Both the position numbers and the translations under genes were made by a program. A stretch of 52,623 bases of DNA from Kiritimatiellia bacterium (lineage in GTDB: Bacteria; Verrucomicrobiota; Kiritimatiellia; RFP12; UBA1067): the NCBI GenBank assembly GCA_016284515.1, contig JAEEOY010000102.1, positions 1 to 52,623 of the forward strand, read 5' to 3'. The first letter of the stretch is position 1. Every line of letters begins with the position of its first letter. Positions 28,257 to 38,299 of the stretch are shown here, in pieces. Under the pieces are notes generated by a model. It did no database searches and had not been told where the DNA came from. It saw only the letters and a list, made by a program, of their open reading frames with translations.

Positions 28257-28499
28257 TTCGGAGAGCGAAACTTCGACTTTGCATAATACCCTGTTACATT
28301 CACAGCTGTCATTCCGACTTCCCCATCACGAGAACGTTCGTCGAAATCTCGGTGTCGTCATACGGACTCGGCGGAAGTGGCAAGGCCGCCCCGGCCTTGC
28401 AAAACGGTGGCTTCGTTGCCGCTGCGATTTCTGGTCGAGCGGCGGTCGCGGCAAGCGCTACCTCCTCACGGACCAGCGAGTGACGGCTTGCGGGCCACC

Positions 28500-28599
28500 G
28501 TAGGGGGTCCGTCGCTCCGCGACGGACAAGCAATCGCCGCTTCACTGGCGACTACATTCACACTTAATCGCTCCGTCGCGGAGCGACGGAGCCCCCTAG
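28500..28599. repeat. REPIN-like inverted pair of GTAG-type palindromes
   Basis: GTAGGGGGTCCGTCGCTCCGCGACGGAC (28500-28527) and an inverted near-copy (28570-28599). Each arm is itself a hairpin. Confidence 0.8.
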
Positions 28600-28724
28600 A
28601 GCGCAGCCATCTCCAAAGCTCCTTGCGGATGCGAAGGGAGCGCAGCGAGCGGAGTGTCCGCACCAAAATCACATTAATCTCTCGACTACTGCCAAATCAG
28701 GCTATTCACCAGTGCACCCCTACC

Positions 28725-28895
28725 CAAGGAGACGCAGCGTCCCCGCTGCGTCAAGCACGACGGCCGCTGCTAAAGCGATCGGTTGGCGGTCAGAACCTGC
28801 GCCGGTGTCTGCGCCCGGCGGGATGTGTGAATGGAAAATGAAAACTAAGGACTGGCTTTGCAGTTTTGGACGCGGCAAGATGCCGCGTCTCCTTG
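28725..28895. repeat. Second REPIN-like inverted pair (CAAGGAGACGCRGC...GCYGCGTC family)
   Basis: CAAGGAGACGCAGCGTCCCCGCTGCGTC (28725-28752) versus the inverted copy CAAGGAGACGCGGCATCTTGCCGCGTC (28869-28895). Confidence 0.8.
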
Positions 28896-28982
28896 TTTTA
28901 CACTTTAGATTCGCTCCCCCGTTTCCATAAATTTGATGAGCTTTCCCCCCGCAGGGCGGGATGATTTGGTATAATAAACGCA

Positions 28983-29636
28983 ATGTCACAGAGCATATTC
29001 GGATACGAGTTCACGAACGGGGCGCTTCTCGAAGAGGCGCTCACTACCCCGTCGTGCCGTCAGAGCGACCCGCAGGTGCGAGACAACCAGCGCCTCGAGT
29101 TCCTCGGCGACGCGGTTCTGGGGCTTCTCGCGGCCGATCTTCTGTACGCGGCGCGTCCGAACGACGCGGAAGGGCAGCTCACCGTCCGCCGCACGCACAT
29201 GGTCTCCGCGCCCGCGCTCTGCGCCGCCGCCGCGAGGCACGACCTCGCCGCGCGGCTGAAGCGCAACAAGGGCGCGGAGCCGCTTCCGGCGAACTCCAAG
29301 ACGCTTGCGGACGCGGTGGAGGCTGTGATCGGCGCGGCATACCTCGACGGGGGGATGCGGGCCGCGAAGGCGGTCTTCGACGCGCTTTCGCTTGCGGACC
29401 TCGCGCGCGACGCGGAGTGGACGGAGAATCCGAAGGGCGAGCTGCAGATGCGCGCGCAGGCGATGACGCCTCCGCGCCATCCGTCGTACCGTCTGCTGAG
29501 GACGGAGGGCAAGGCCCACGAGCCGGTCTTCACCGTGGAAGTGACGGTCGAGGGCATCGGTTCCGCGACCGCCTCTGCGCGCAGCCACAAGGAGGCGGAA
29601 TCCCGCGCCGCCGCAAGACTGCTGACTATGATATAA
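28983..29636 (+). CDS. rnc: Ribonuclease III (probably leaderless)
   Basis: NQRLEFLGDAVL, ADAVEAVIGAAYLDGG, and a dsRBD (NPKGELQ...SHKEAE). TGGTATAAT lies 7 nt before the ATG. Confidence 0.96.
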   Translation: MSQSIFGYEFTNGALLEEALTTPSCRQSDPQVRDNQRLEFLGDAVLGLLAADLLYAARPNDAEGQLTVRRTHMVSAPALCAAAARHDLAARLKRNKGAEPLPANSKTLADAVEAVIGAAYLDGGMRAAKAVFDALSLADLARDAEWTENPKGELQMRAQAMTPPRHPSYRLLRTEGKAHEPVFTVEVTVEGIGSATASARSHKEAESRAAARLLTMI

Positions 29637-29678
29637 TATGTACCCCAAAGTTGAAAAGTCGAAAGGCATAGAAACGAA

Positions 29679-31622
29679 ATGAAACTTACCGAAGATCTTC
29701 TGAAGCTCACATCCAACACGGTCCGCTGCCTGTGCGCGGACATCGTCGAGAAGGCGAAGTCGGGGCATCCCGGCGCGCCGATGGGAATGGCGGACCTCGC
29801 GACCGTCCTCTGGCTCAAGCACCTCAACGTCGACCCGAAGGATCCGACGTGGGCGGACCGCGACCGACTCGTCTTCTCGGGCGGGCACGCCTCGTCGCTA
29901 GTCTACGCGCTTTTCCACCTCTCCGGCATGGGCGGGCTCAAGATGGAGGAGCTCATGAACTTCCGCCAGTGGGGCAGCCGCTGCGCCGGACACCCAGAGC
30001 GCGGAGTCACTCCCGGCGTCGAGGTGACGACCGGTCCGCTCGGGCAGGGCATCGCGATGGCCGTCGGCCTTGCGCTTGCGGCGAAGAGGAAGGGCGTCCA
30101 GAACCGCACGTGGGTGTTCTGCGGAGACGGAGACCTCGAGGAGGGCATCTCCCACGAGGCGGCGAGCCTCGCAGGCGCGCTCAAGCTCGACAACATCACG
30201 CTGGTCTACGACTCGAACCGCATCACCATCGAGGGCGCGACCTCCATTGCGATGGCCGACGACGCGAAGAAGCGCTTCGAGAGCTACGGATGGAAGGTCT
30301 TCGAGGTCGACGGACACGACATGGCGGCGATAGACCGCGTGTTCTTGCGCGCCAGGAAGGTCGTCGGCCAGCCCGCGATCGTCATCGCGAAGACGCACAT
30401 CGGATGCGGCGCGCCCACCAAGCACGATACGCCCGACTGCCACGGCTCGCCGCTCGGAGCGGAGGAGCTCGCCGCGACGAAGAAGGCGCTCGGCTTCGAT
30501 CCGGAGAAGAGCTTCTTCGTGCCGGATGAGGTCGCCAACGTTTTCAAGTTCCGCACAATCCAGCAGCACCGCATTGCCAACAAGGCGAAGAAGCTCGCAG
30601 GCGAGCAGGCGCCTGTCGCCGCTCCGGCGCGCAAGGACCTCATGAAGGCGCTTCCAGCGTTCGATCCCGCCAAGACGTATGCGACGCGTGCGGCGTGCGG
30701 CACTGTCATGAATGCGCTCGCGCCGGCGTTCCCCGGGCTCGTCGGAGGCAGCGCGGACCTCGCGCCGTCGAACAAGACGTACCTCAAGGGACTTGGCGAC
30801 GTCGCGCCGGGAGAGTTCTCCGGCAGGAACTACCATTTCGGAATCCGCGAGCTCGCGATGGCGGCGATCGTCAACGGAATCACGGCGTTCGACGGAACGC
30901 TGCGCGGATACGGCGCGACGTTCTTCGTGTTCTCCGACTACTGCAAGCCGGCGATCCGCCTCGCGGCGCTCATGGAGCTTCCGTCCATCTTCGTCTTCTC
31001 GCACGACAGCTACTGCGTAGGCGAGGATGGTCCGACGCACGAGCCGGTCGAGCAGCTCGCCAGCCTCAGGTCCATGCCGAACGTCCGCACGTGGCGTCCG
31101 GCGGACGCGAACGAGACGGCCTACGCGTGGGTCGAGATGCTCATGCGCACGGACGGTCCGAGCTGCATCCTGACGACGCGCCAGAACCTTCCGATCCTCG
31201 AGTGCGTCACGCCCGAGGGAGTCTCGAAGGGCGGCTATGTCGTCTACCAGGCCGGAAAGCAGGACTCCGAGACGATTCTCTTCATCGCCACGGGTTCGGA
31301 AGTGTCGATCTGCATCGAGGCGGCGAAGCGCCTTGCGGCGGAAGGGCGCGGCGTGAGGGTCGCGAGCTTCCCGTGTGTCGAGCGCTTCTACCTCGAGACG
31401 ACGCCGGAGTACCGCTGCTCGGTGATGCCGCAGGAGATGAAGCGCCGCGTCATCGTCGAGGCGGGCGTGAGGTACGGGCTCGACCGCTTCAGGCTCGACT
31501 TCCGCACGACGGCGTTCGTGACGCTCGACCGCTTCGGCGCGTCCGCCCCGTACCAGACGCTCTCCGTGAAGTTCGGCTTCACGCCCGAGAACGTCTACAA
31601 CGTCGCGAAGACGATAGCCTAA
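29679..31622 (+). CDS. tkt: Transketolase
   Basis: SGHPGAPMG, TTGPLGQG, GDGDLEEG, GIRELAM, VGEDGPTHEPVEQL, FGASAP. Confidence 0.97.
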   Translation: MKLTEDLLKLTSNTVRCLCADIVEKAKSGHPGAPMGMADLATVLWLKHLNVDPKDPTWADRDRLVFSGGHASSLVYALFHLSGMGGLKMEELMNFRQWGSRCAGHPERGVTPGVEVTTGPLGQGIAMAVGLALAAKRKGVQNRTWVFCGDGDLEEGISHEAASLAGALKLDNITLVYDSNRITIEGATSIAMADDAKKRFESYGWKVFEVDGHDMAAIDRVFLRARKVVGQPAIVIAKTHIGCGAPTKHDTPDCHGSPLGAEELAATKKALGFDPEKSFFVPDEVANVFKFRTIQQHRIANKAKKLAGEQAPVAAPARKDLMKALPAFDPAKTYATRAACGTVMNALAPAFPGLVGGSADLAPSNKTYLKGLGDVAPGEFSGRNYHFGIRELAMAAIVNGITAFDGTLRGYGATFFVFSDYCKPAIRLAALMELPSIFVFSHDSYCVGEDGPTHEPVEQLASLRSMPNVRTWRPADANETAYAWVEMLMRTDGPSCILTTRQNLPILECVTPEGVSKGGYVVYQAGKQDSETILFIATGSEVSICIEAAKRLAAEGRGVRVASFPCVERFYLETTPEYRCSVMPQEMKRRVIVEAGVRYGLDRFRLDFRTTAFVTLDRFGASAPYQTLSVKFGFTPENVYNVAKTIA

Positions 31623-31648
31623 TGAGGTTGTAGCGAGTCCCCGAGGGA

Positions 31649-33229
31649 ATGGAGCGAAGCGAAATGAGCAAGGGGACGAGCACCATTAGAAACGTTTTTA
31701 CCGTCGGGGCGTTCACGATGCTCTCGCGCGTGCTTGGGCTCGCGCGGGAGATGCTCCAGTCCCGGCTGATCGGCGCGGGTATCGAGCAGGCGGCGTTCAC
31801 CCTGGCGTTCGCGATTCCCAACATGGCGCGCAAGCTCTTCGGAGAGGGCGCGCTCACGGCGGCGTTCGTTCCGGTCTTCAAGGGCGAGGCGGAGGCGGGC
31901 TCGATGGAGCGTGCGGCGCGGCTTGCGCGCGCGGTGATGACGATGGTGCTGCTGATGCTCGGGGCGATAGTCGTACTCTGCATGGGCGGACTCGAGGTCG
32001 CGGTGCATTTTAGGGACGCGCTGGGGCTTAAGGACACAAAGCGGCTGCTGATAACGATACGCCTGGTCAAGACGCTTCTCCCGTACATGATCTTCATCTG
32101 CGGGGCTGCGTTCGGGATGGGGGTTCTCAATGCGCTCGGACGCTTCAAGGCGTCCAGCTTCATGCCGTGCCTACTGAACTTCTTCTGGATCGGCATCCTC
32201 GCCTGGATTGCCTTCTTCCCCGAAATGCGCCTCGACCAGCGCGTCCACCGCGTGGCGATGGCGATCCTCGTCGCGGGCGCGGCGCAGATGGCGTTCATGA
32301 TGTGGTGCATGCACAAGGCGGGCGTCACGCCGAAGCTGTCCTTCTCCGGATGGGGCGACTCCAAGGTCATTCTCGTCTGGAAGAACCTCGGCATCGCGGC
32401 GCTCGGCGCGGGGGCGATACAGATAAACTACATGCTAGACCAAGTCCTCGCGCAGCTCGCGAGCGGATGGGCCGCGGGGGTAATAGGGTACGCGGAGCGG
32501 CTCATGGACCTTCCGCTCGGCGTGATCGGCGTCGCGTTCGGGACGGTGCTCCTGCCGACGTTCGCGGGGCTCTTCGCGAAAGGCGACGTTGACGGCGCGC
32601 GGGAGGCGCTTGCGTCGTCCGTAAGGTCGCTCATGTTCGTGATGGTTCCGGCGGCGGCGGGGCTCTTCGTCCTCGCGCCGGAGATAACGTCCGTAATCTA
32701 CCAGGGCGGCGCGTTCGACGAAATGGCGACGCTGCGCGTGTCGCGCGCGCTCGCGGTATACGCCGTGGGGCTCGGATTCTTCGGCTTCCAGAAGATGCTC
32801 GTCCCGTGGTTCCAGGCGCAGAACGACATGAAGACGCCGCTGCGCGTTTCGGTTGCGACGGTCGTTATGAACGCGGCGCTCAACATTCTCGCGGTGTGGC
32901 TGCTGCCCGTCGAGTGGCGGCACGTCGGGCTTGCCGCGTCCACGGTCGTCTGCGCGTTCGCGGGGTGCGCTCTGCTTGTCGTTCTCGCGAGGAGGAAGAA
33001 CGGCTCGCTCGGACTTTCCGCGACGATTCGCCCCGTTGCGCTCGCGCTCGCGGCGTCGCTTTTCATGGCGGGCGCAATCGCCGTCGCGCGTCCGTTCGCC
33101 GCGCGTCTTCCGTCCGTCGTCGCGCTTGCGATGCTCATCGCGCTCGGCGCTGCGGTATACGGCGCGGCGTCGCTCGCGCTCATGCCGGAGCAGGTCCGCG
33201 CGCTTCGCTCGCGCCTGCGCAGGCGGTGA
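31649..33229 (+). CDS. murJ: Lipid II flippase MurJ/MviN
   Basis: TMLSRVLGLARE, AFAIPNMARKLFGEGAL, YAERLMDLPLGV, multiple TMs. The start could be 31649 or 31664. Confidence 0.94.
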   Translation: MERSEMSKGTSTIRNVFTVGAFTMLSRVLGLAREMLQSRLIGAGIEQAAFTLAFAIPNMARKLFGEGALTAAFVPVFKGEAEAGSMERAARLARAVMTMVLLMLGAIVVLCMGGLEVAVHFRDALGLKDTKRLLITIRLVKTLLPYMIFICGAAFGMGVLNALGRFKASSFMPCLLNFFWIGILAWIAFFPEMRLDQRVHRVAMAILVAGAAQMAFMMWCMHKAGVTPKLSFSGWGDSKVILVWKNLGIAALGAGAIQINYMLDQVLAQLASGWAAGVIGYAERLMDLPLGVIGVAFGTVLLPTFAGLFAKGDVDGAREALASSVRSLMFVMVPAAAGLFVLAPEITSVIYQGGAFDEMATLRVSRALAVYAVGLGFFGFQKMLVPWFQAQNDMKTPLRVSVATVVMNAALNILAVWLLPVEWRHVGLAASTVVCAFAGCALLVVLARRKNGSLGLSATIRPVALALAASLFMAGAIAVARPFAARLPSVVALAMLIALGAAVYGAASLALMPEQVRALRSRLRRR

Positions 33230-33256
33230 TTTTCGCAAAATTTGGCAAATTCGCAC

Positions 33257-33293
33257 TTGACGGCGAGCGCTCGGATTTGGTAAACTACGCGCC
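33257..33293 (+). promoter_or_regulatory. Stable-RNA-type sigma70 promoter (TTGACG-N18-TAAACT, GC-rich discriminator)
   Basis: Lies upstream of tRNA-Met with an A/T-rich UP-like tract. Confidence 0.7.
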
Positions 33294-33317
33294 TGTTGTC
33301 CCAAATTAGGGCCGAAT

Positions 33318-33393
33318 GGCGAGATAGCTCAGTTGGTAGAGCGCAGGACTCATAAGCCTAAGGTCAAGGGTTCGATCCCCTTTCTCGCCACCA
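33318..33393 (+). tRNA. tRNA-Met(CAT), elongator type (Ile2 not excluded)
   Basis: 76-nt cloverleaf, acceptor GGCGAGA/TCTCGCC, anticodon loop CT-CAT-AA, GGTTCGATCC, encoded CCA. Confidence 0.93.
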
Positions 33394-33473
33394 ATTTTCA
33401 AAGATGTCAAATACCCCCTTGCGCCGAGTGGCGCATTTTTGATATACTATCCGAGCTTTCGTATCAGAAGGAG

Positions 33474-33549
33474 GCCACTTTAGCTCAGTAGGTAGAGCAC
33501 ATCCTTGGTAAGGATGAGGTCGGCGGTTCGATTCCGCTAGGTGGCTCCA
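33474..33549 (+). tRNA. tRNA-Thr(GGT)
   Basis: Cloverleaf with CATCC-TT-GGT-AA-GGATG, encoded CCA, typical position before tuf, and its own promoter (TTGCGC-N18-TATACT, 33419-33448). Confidence 0.96.
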
Positions 33550-33599
33550 GAAGGGGCGGAGGCAAAAAGAAGAAAACCACTCACAGGAGTAAATGAGAA

Positions 33600-34811
<1,212 letters not shown>

Positions 34812-34891
34812 AACAACGAGAAGTCCTGTGAGATGCCCGGCCGGAAGTGGCCGGCCGGGCTCTATCTCTCACAAGGACGGAGGAACAGGAA

Positions 34892-35041
34892 ATGCGTGAT
34901 CTCGCTATTTTGGCGTGCGGAGAGTGCAAGAACCGCAACTACACGACGACCCGTAACAAGAAGACGATGACGGAGCGTCTGGAGAAGGTGAAGTTCTGCC
35001 CTCACTGCCGCAAGCGCACGGCCCACAAGGAGACTAAGTAA
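34892..35041 (+). CDS. rpmG: 50S ribosomal protein L33 (zinc-binding CxxC/CxxC form)
   Basis: [19 protein letters not shown]...[16 protein letters not shown] with a GGAGG SD. Confidence 0.97.
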   Translation: MRDLAILACGECKNRNYTTTRNKKTMTERLEKVKFCPHCRKRTAHKETK

Positions 35042-35051
35042 GTCTCGCAAT

Positions 35052-35125
35052 AGGGTAGTAGCACAATGGCAGTGCAGCGGTCTCCAAAACCGCCTATGGG
35101 GGTTCGATTCCCTCCTACCCTGCCA
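35052..35125 (+). tRNA. tRNA-Trp(CCA)
   Basis: Acceptor AGGGTAG/CTACCCT, GCGGT-CT-CCA-AA-ACCGC, encoded CCA, and the conserved position before secE. Confidence 0.96.
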
Positions 35126-35146
35126 ATCTGAACGGGAATAAAAACG

Positions 35147-35344
35147 ATGAGCTTTTTAAAGAAGACGCAAGAGTATCTCAGCGGTGTCGCAGCCGAGGCC
35201 AAGCGAGTCACATGGCCTGGCAAGACCGAGCTTTGGGAGTCGACGCTCGTCGTCATATCGTTCATTTTCATCCTCGCCGCGACGACGCTCGTCTGCGACA
35301 AGGTGATCGAGCAGTTCATCAGGATCGTCCATCTGGGCGCCTGA
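35147..35344 (+). CDS. secE: Preprotein translocase subunit SecE
   Basis: EAKRVTWPGKTEL plus a single TM; conserved synteny. Confidence 0.95.
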   Translation: MSFLKKTQEYLSGVAAEAKRVTWPGKTELWESTLVVISFIFILAATTLVCDKVIEQFIRIVHLGA

Positions 35345-35403
35345 GTCAGGGTTGAGGGAGCTGGGTCGCAAGGGCGCGAGGCTGAATAACTGGAGATAAG
35401 ACG

Positions 35404-36015
35404 ATGGTCAAGCAGTGGTTTGTGCTTCACACTCTAACAGGGCAGGAGAACAAGGCCCAGAAGTCTATCGAGGCCCGCATAAGGCTCGAGCGCATGGAAG
35501 AGTACATCGGCCGGTGCGTGATACCGACCGAGAAGGTGACGGAAAAGCGCAAGGACGGCAGAAAGCACACCGTCACGCGCAAGTTCTTCCCCGGCTATGT
35601 TCTCTGCGAGCTTGCCCTCTACGACGAGTCGAGGGGACTTGACGAGAACGGCAAGAAGGCGATATACGAGCGTACGTGGCAGTTCCTGCGCGAGACCCCG
35701 GGAGTGATCGGGTTCATCGGCGGCGACCGTCCGCAGCCGCTCAAGCAGAGTGAAGTGGATGCAATTCTCCTGGACAAGCCGACTACAGGCGGAGCCCAGG
35801 TGGAGCGTCCGAAGGTGAATTTCTCCGTCGACGAGACGGTGAAGATAACGGATGGCGCGTTCATGGGCTTGACGGGCCAGATCTCAATGGTGGATCCCGA
35901 CAAGGGCAAGCTCAAGGTCGAGGTAGCAGTCTTCGGCCGAAAGGTCCCTGTCGACGTCGAATACTGGCAGGTGGAGAAGGTCTCCGTCGAGGAGACGCTC
36001 GAGCCGGCGAAGTAA
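35404..36015 (+). CDS. nusG: Transcription termination/antitermination factor NusG
   Basis: [24 protein letters not shown], and a KOW domain ([13 protein letters not shown]). Confidence 0.97.
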   Translation: MVKQWFVLHTLTGQENKAQKSIEARIRLERMEEYIGRCVIPTEKVTEKRKDGRKHTVTRKFFPGYVLCELALYDESRGLDENGKKAIYERTWQFLRETPGVIGFIGGDRPQPLKQSEVDAILLDKPTTGGAQVERPKVNFSVDETVKITDGAFMGLTGQISMVDPDKGKLKVEVAVFGRKVPVDVEYWQVEKVSVEETLEPAK

Positions 36016-36088
36016 ACGGCAGGTTTTGCGGTCCGCTACCACCGGGCAGGATCCCCGGGAGGAGCCGCACGAAAGAAGGAAAAGGCAA

Positions 36089-36514
36089 ATGGCTAAGAAA
36101 GTCACTGGAGTCGTAAAGCTCCAGATTCCCGCCGGCGCCGCGAATCCCGCGCCGCCTGTGGGTCCCGCCCTCGGTTCTGCTGGTGTCAACATCATGCAGT
36201 TCTGCAAGGAGTTCAACGCCAAGACGGCGAAGGACTCGGGGCTCGTAATCCCCGTGATCATCACGGTCTACCAGGACCGCAGCTTCTCGCTGCAGTTCAA
36301 GTCGCCGCCTGCGTCCACGCTCCTCAAGAAGGAGGCGGGTCTCGCCAAGGGCAGCGGCGTTCCCAACAAGAACAAGGTCGGCAAGGTCACCAAGGCCCAG
36401 CTTCTCAAGATCGTCGAGATGAAGAAGGCTGACCTCAACACCGACGATCCGGAGCAGGCAGTCAAGATGATCGCCGGCACGGCTCGCAACATGGGAATCG
36501 AGGTGGTCGAATGA
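36089..36514 (+). CDS. rplK: 50S ribosomal protein L11
   Basis: [29 protein letters not shown]...GTARNMGI. Confidence 0.98.
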   Translation: MAKKVTGVVKLQIPAGAANPAPPVGPALGSAGVNIMQFCKEFNAKTAKDSGLVIPVIITVYQDRSFSLQFKSPPASTLLKKEAGLAKGSGVPNKNKVGKVTKAQLLKIVEMKKADLNTDDPEQAVKMIAGTARNMGIEVVE

Positions 36515-37206
36515 GCACTCACGGAAAGAAGTATTTCAACGCGCTGAAGAAGGCCCCCAAGAAGGCCGTCTCCCTCGACGAGGCCGTCAAGTTCGTCAAG
36601 GCGAACCCCGGCGCCAAGTTCGACGAGACGATCGACGTCTACTTCCGCCTCGGCAGCGACCTCACCAAGGGCGACACCGCTGTTCGCGGAACCGTCAAGC
36701 TCCCCAACGGCTCGGGCAAGACTGTCAAGGTGGCAGTGTTCGCGGGCGGCGAGCAGGCTGAGGCCGCGAAGGCCGCCGGCGCTGATTTCGTCGGTCTCGC
36801 CGACCTCATCGAGAAGGTCTCGAAGGAGGGCTGGTGCGACTTTGACGTGGCGATCGCCACGGTCGAGGCGATGAAGGAAGTCAGGAAGTGCGCTCGTATC
36901 CTCGGTCCGCGCGGCCTCATGCCTAACCCCAAGACCGGCACTGTCACGGATGACACCGCGACGGCCGTCAAGGAGGCCAAGGGCGGCAAGGTCGACTTCC
37001 GTATGGACAAGACGGGCAACCTCGCGGTCGTCGCGGGCAAGCGCTCGTTCGAAGCCGACAAGCTCGTCGGCAACATCAAGGCTATCGTCTCCGCCGTCCA
37101 GGCCGCGAAGCCCGCCACCGTCAAGGGCGTCTTCATCAAGTCGATGACGATCTCGTCCACGATGGGCGTCGGAGTTCCGGTCGTGCTCACGAGCGATGCC
37201 GAATAA
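36511..37206 (+). CDS. rplA: 50S ribosomal protein L1
   Basis: [29 protein letters not shown]. Confidence 0.98.
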   Translation: MSTHGKKYFNALKKAPKKAVSLDEAVKFVKANPGAKFDETIDVYFRLGSDLTKGDTAVRGTVKLPNGSGKTVKVAVFAGGEQAEAAKAAGADFVGLADLIEKVSKEGWCDFDVAIATVEAMKEVRKCARILGPRGLMPNPKTGTVTDDTATAVKEAKGGKVDFRMDKTGNLAVVAGKRSFEADKLVGNIKAIVSAVQAAKPATVKGVFIKSMTISSTMGVGVPVVLTSDAE

Positions 37207-37220
37207 GGGAGGATCTTGAA

Positions 37221-37742
37221 ATGAGAATCGAAAAGATCGCAATTCTCGACGAAGTCGTCGCCCGCGTCAAGGACTCGGACTACTGCTTCATCGTCAACCA
37301 CGGCGGCGTCACCGTCGCTCAGTTCGCCAAGCTCCGCAAGGCCCTCAAGGCCGTTGACAGCCGTCTTCTCGTCGTGAAGAACTCCTTCCTCGGGAAGGTC
37401 GCGAAGGAGAAGGGCTGGAGCGACGACGTCAACGCGATGCTCCAGGGCAACACCGCCATCGTCACCGGACACGGCGAGCCCACCGCGGTCGCCAAGGCCA
37501 TTATGGAGTTCGTCAAGGACTCCGGCGGCAAGGCTTCCGTCAAGGGCGCGGACTACGACAACAAGATCGTGGATGCCGCGATGGTCGAGGCGCTCTCCAA
37601 GGTGCCCGGCAAGGACCAGCTCCGCGCAACCCTCCTCATGCTCCTCAAGGAGCCTGCGACCCGCCTCGCGCGCGTCCTCTCCGAGAAGGCCAAGAAGGAA
37701 GGCGGCGACGCCGCTCCCGCTCCGGAGACTCCGGCCGCGTAA
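37221..37742 (+). CDS. rplJ: 50S ribosomal protein L10
   Basis: GVTVAQFAKLRKAL, VVKNS, and conserved synteny. Confidence 0.95.
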   Translation: MRIEKIAILDEVVARVKDSDYCFIVNHGGVTVAQFAKLRKALKAVDSRLLVVKNSFLGKVAKEKGWSDDVNAMLQGNTAIVTGHGEPTAVAKAIMEFVKDSGGKASVKGADYDNKIVDAAMVEALSKVPGKDQLRATLLMLLKEPATRLARVLSEKAKKEGGDAAPAPETPAA

Positions 37743-37800
37743 CAACAAATTTCCTTGGCATGAAAAACGGCCAAGGTTGAACTAAAAAGGAAACAAAAAA

Positions 37801-38166
37801 ATGACAAACGAAGAGATCATCAAGGAGCTGTCGGGCAAGACGGTTCTCGAAATCAACGAGCTCGTCAAGGCTCTCGAAGAGGCGTGGGGCGTTTCCGCCG
37901 CCGCCGCAGTCGCAGTCGCGGGTCCCGCCGCTGGCGCCGCTCCTGCCGAAGAGAAGACCGAGTTCGACGTCATCCTCAAGGCCGCTGGCGCGAACAAGAT
38001 CGCCGTCATCAAGGAGATCCGCGCGATCACCGGTCTTGGCCTCAAGGACGCCAAGGACATGGTCGACGGCGCTCCCAAGAAGGTCAAGGAAGCCATCGCC
38101 AAGGACGAGGCCGAGAAGATCGCCGAGCAGCTCAAGAAGGCCGGCGCCGAAGTCGAGGTCAAGTAA
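37801..38166 (+). CDS. rplL: 50S ribosomal protein L7/L12
   Basis: [33 protein letters not shown]. Confidence 0.98.
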   Translation: MTNEEIIKELSGKTVLEINELVKALEEAWGVSAAAAVAVAGPAAGAAPAEEKTEFDVILKAAGANKIAVIKEIRAITGLGLKDAKDMVDGAPKKVKEAIAKDEAEKIAEQLKKAGAEVEVK

Positions 38167-38188
38167 GACATCGGCTTTCCAAAGCCAC

Positions 38189-38221
38189 AAAAGGACGCGG
38201 CACATGTGCCGCGTCCTTTTT
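38189..38221. terminator. Intrinsic, probably bidirectional terminator (32-bp perfect palindrome)
   Basis: AAAAGGACGCGGCACATGTGCCGCGTCCTTTT, with a T5 run on the + strand. Confidence 0.9.
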
Positions 38222-38299
38222 GTCATGCGGGAATCACACTTTAGGGGCATGTGCGAGGTGGCAGGAATTTAGTATACTATTTGCCGAGAGGGGCACAAC

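Noticed and set aside
28223-28989. Short ORFs in the trpF-rnc gap
   Set aside because: They have no RBS or motifs, are Arg/Ser-rich, and run through palindromic repeats.
34835-34860. Terminator after tuf
   Set aside because: There is a strong 10-bp hairpin (GCCCGGCCGG/CCGGCCGGGC) but no U-tract, so it is more likely a stability or processing hairpin within the operon.
35052-35125. UGA-suppressor tRNA-Trp
   Set aside because: Normal CCA anticodon, full 5-bp anticodon stem and G24; no suppressor features are visible.
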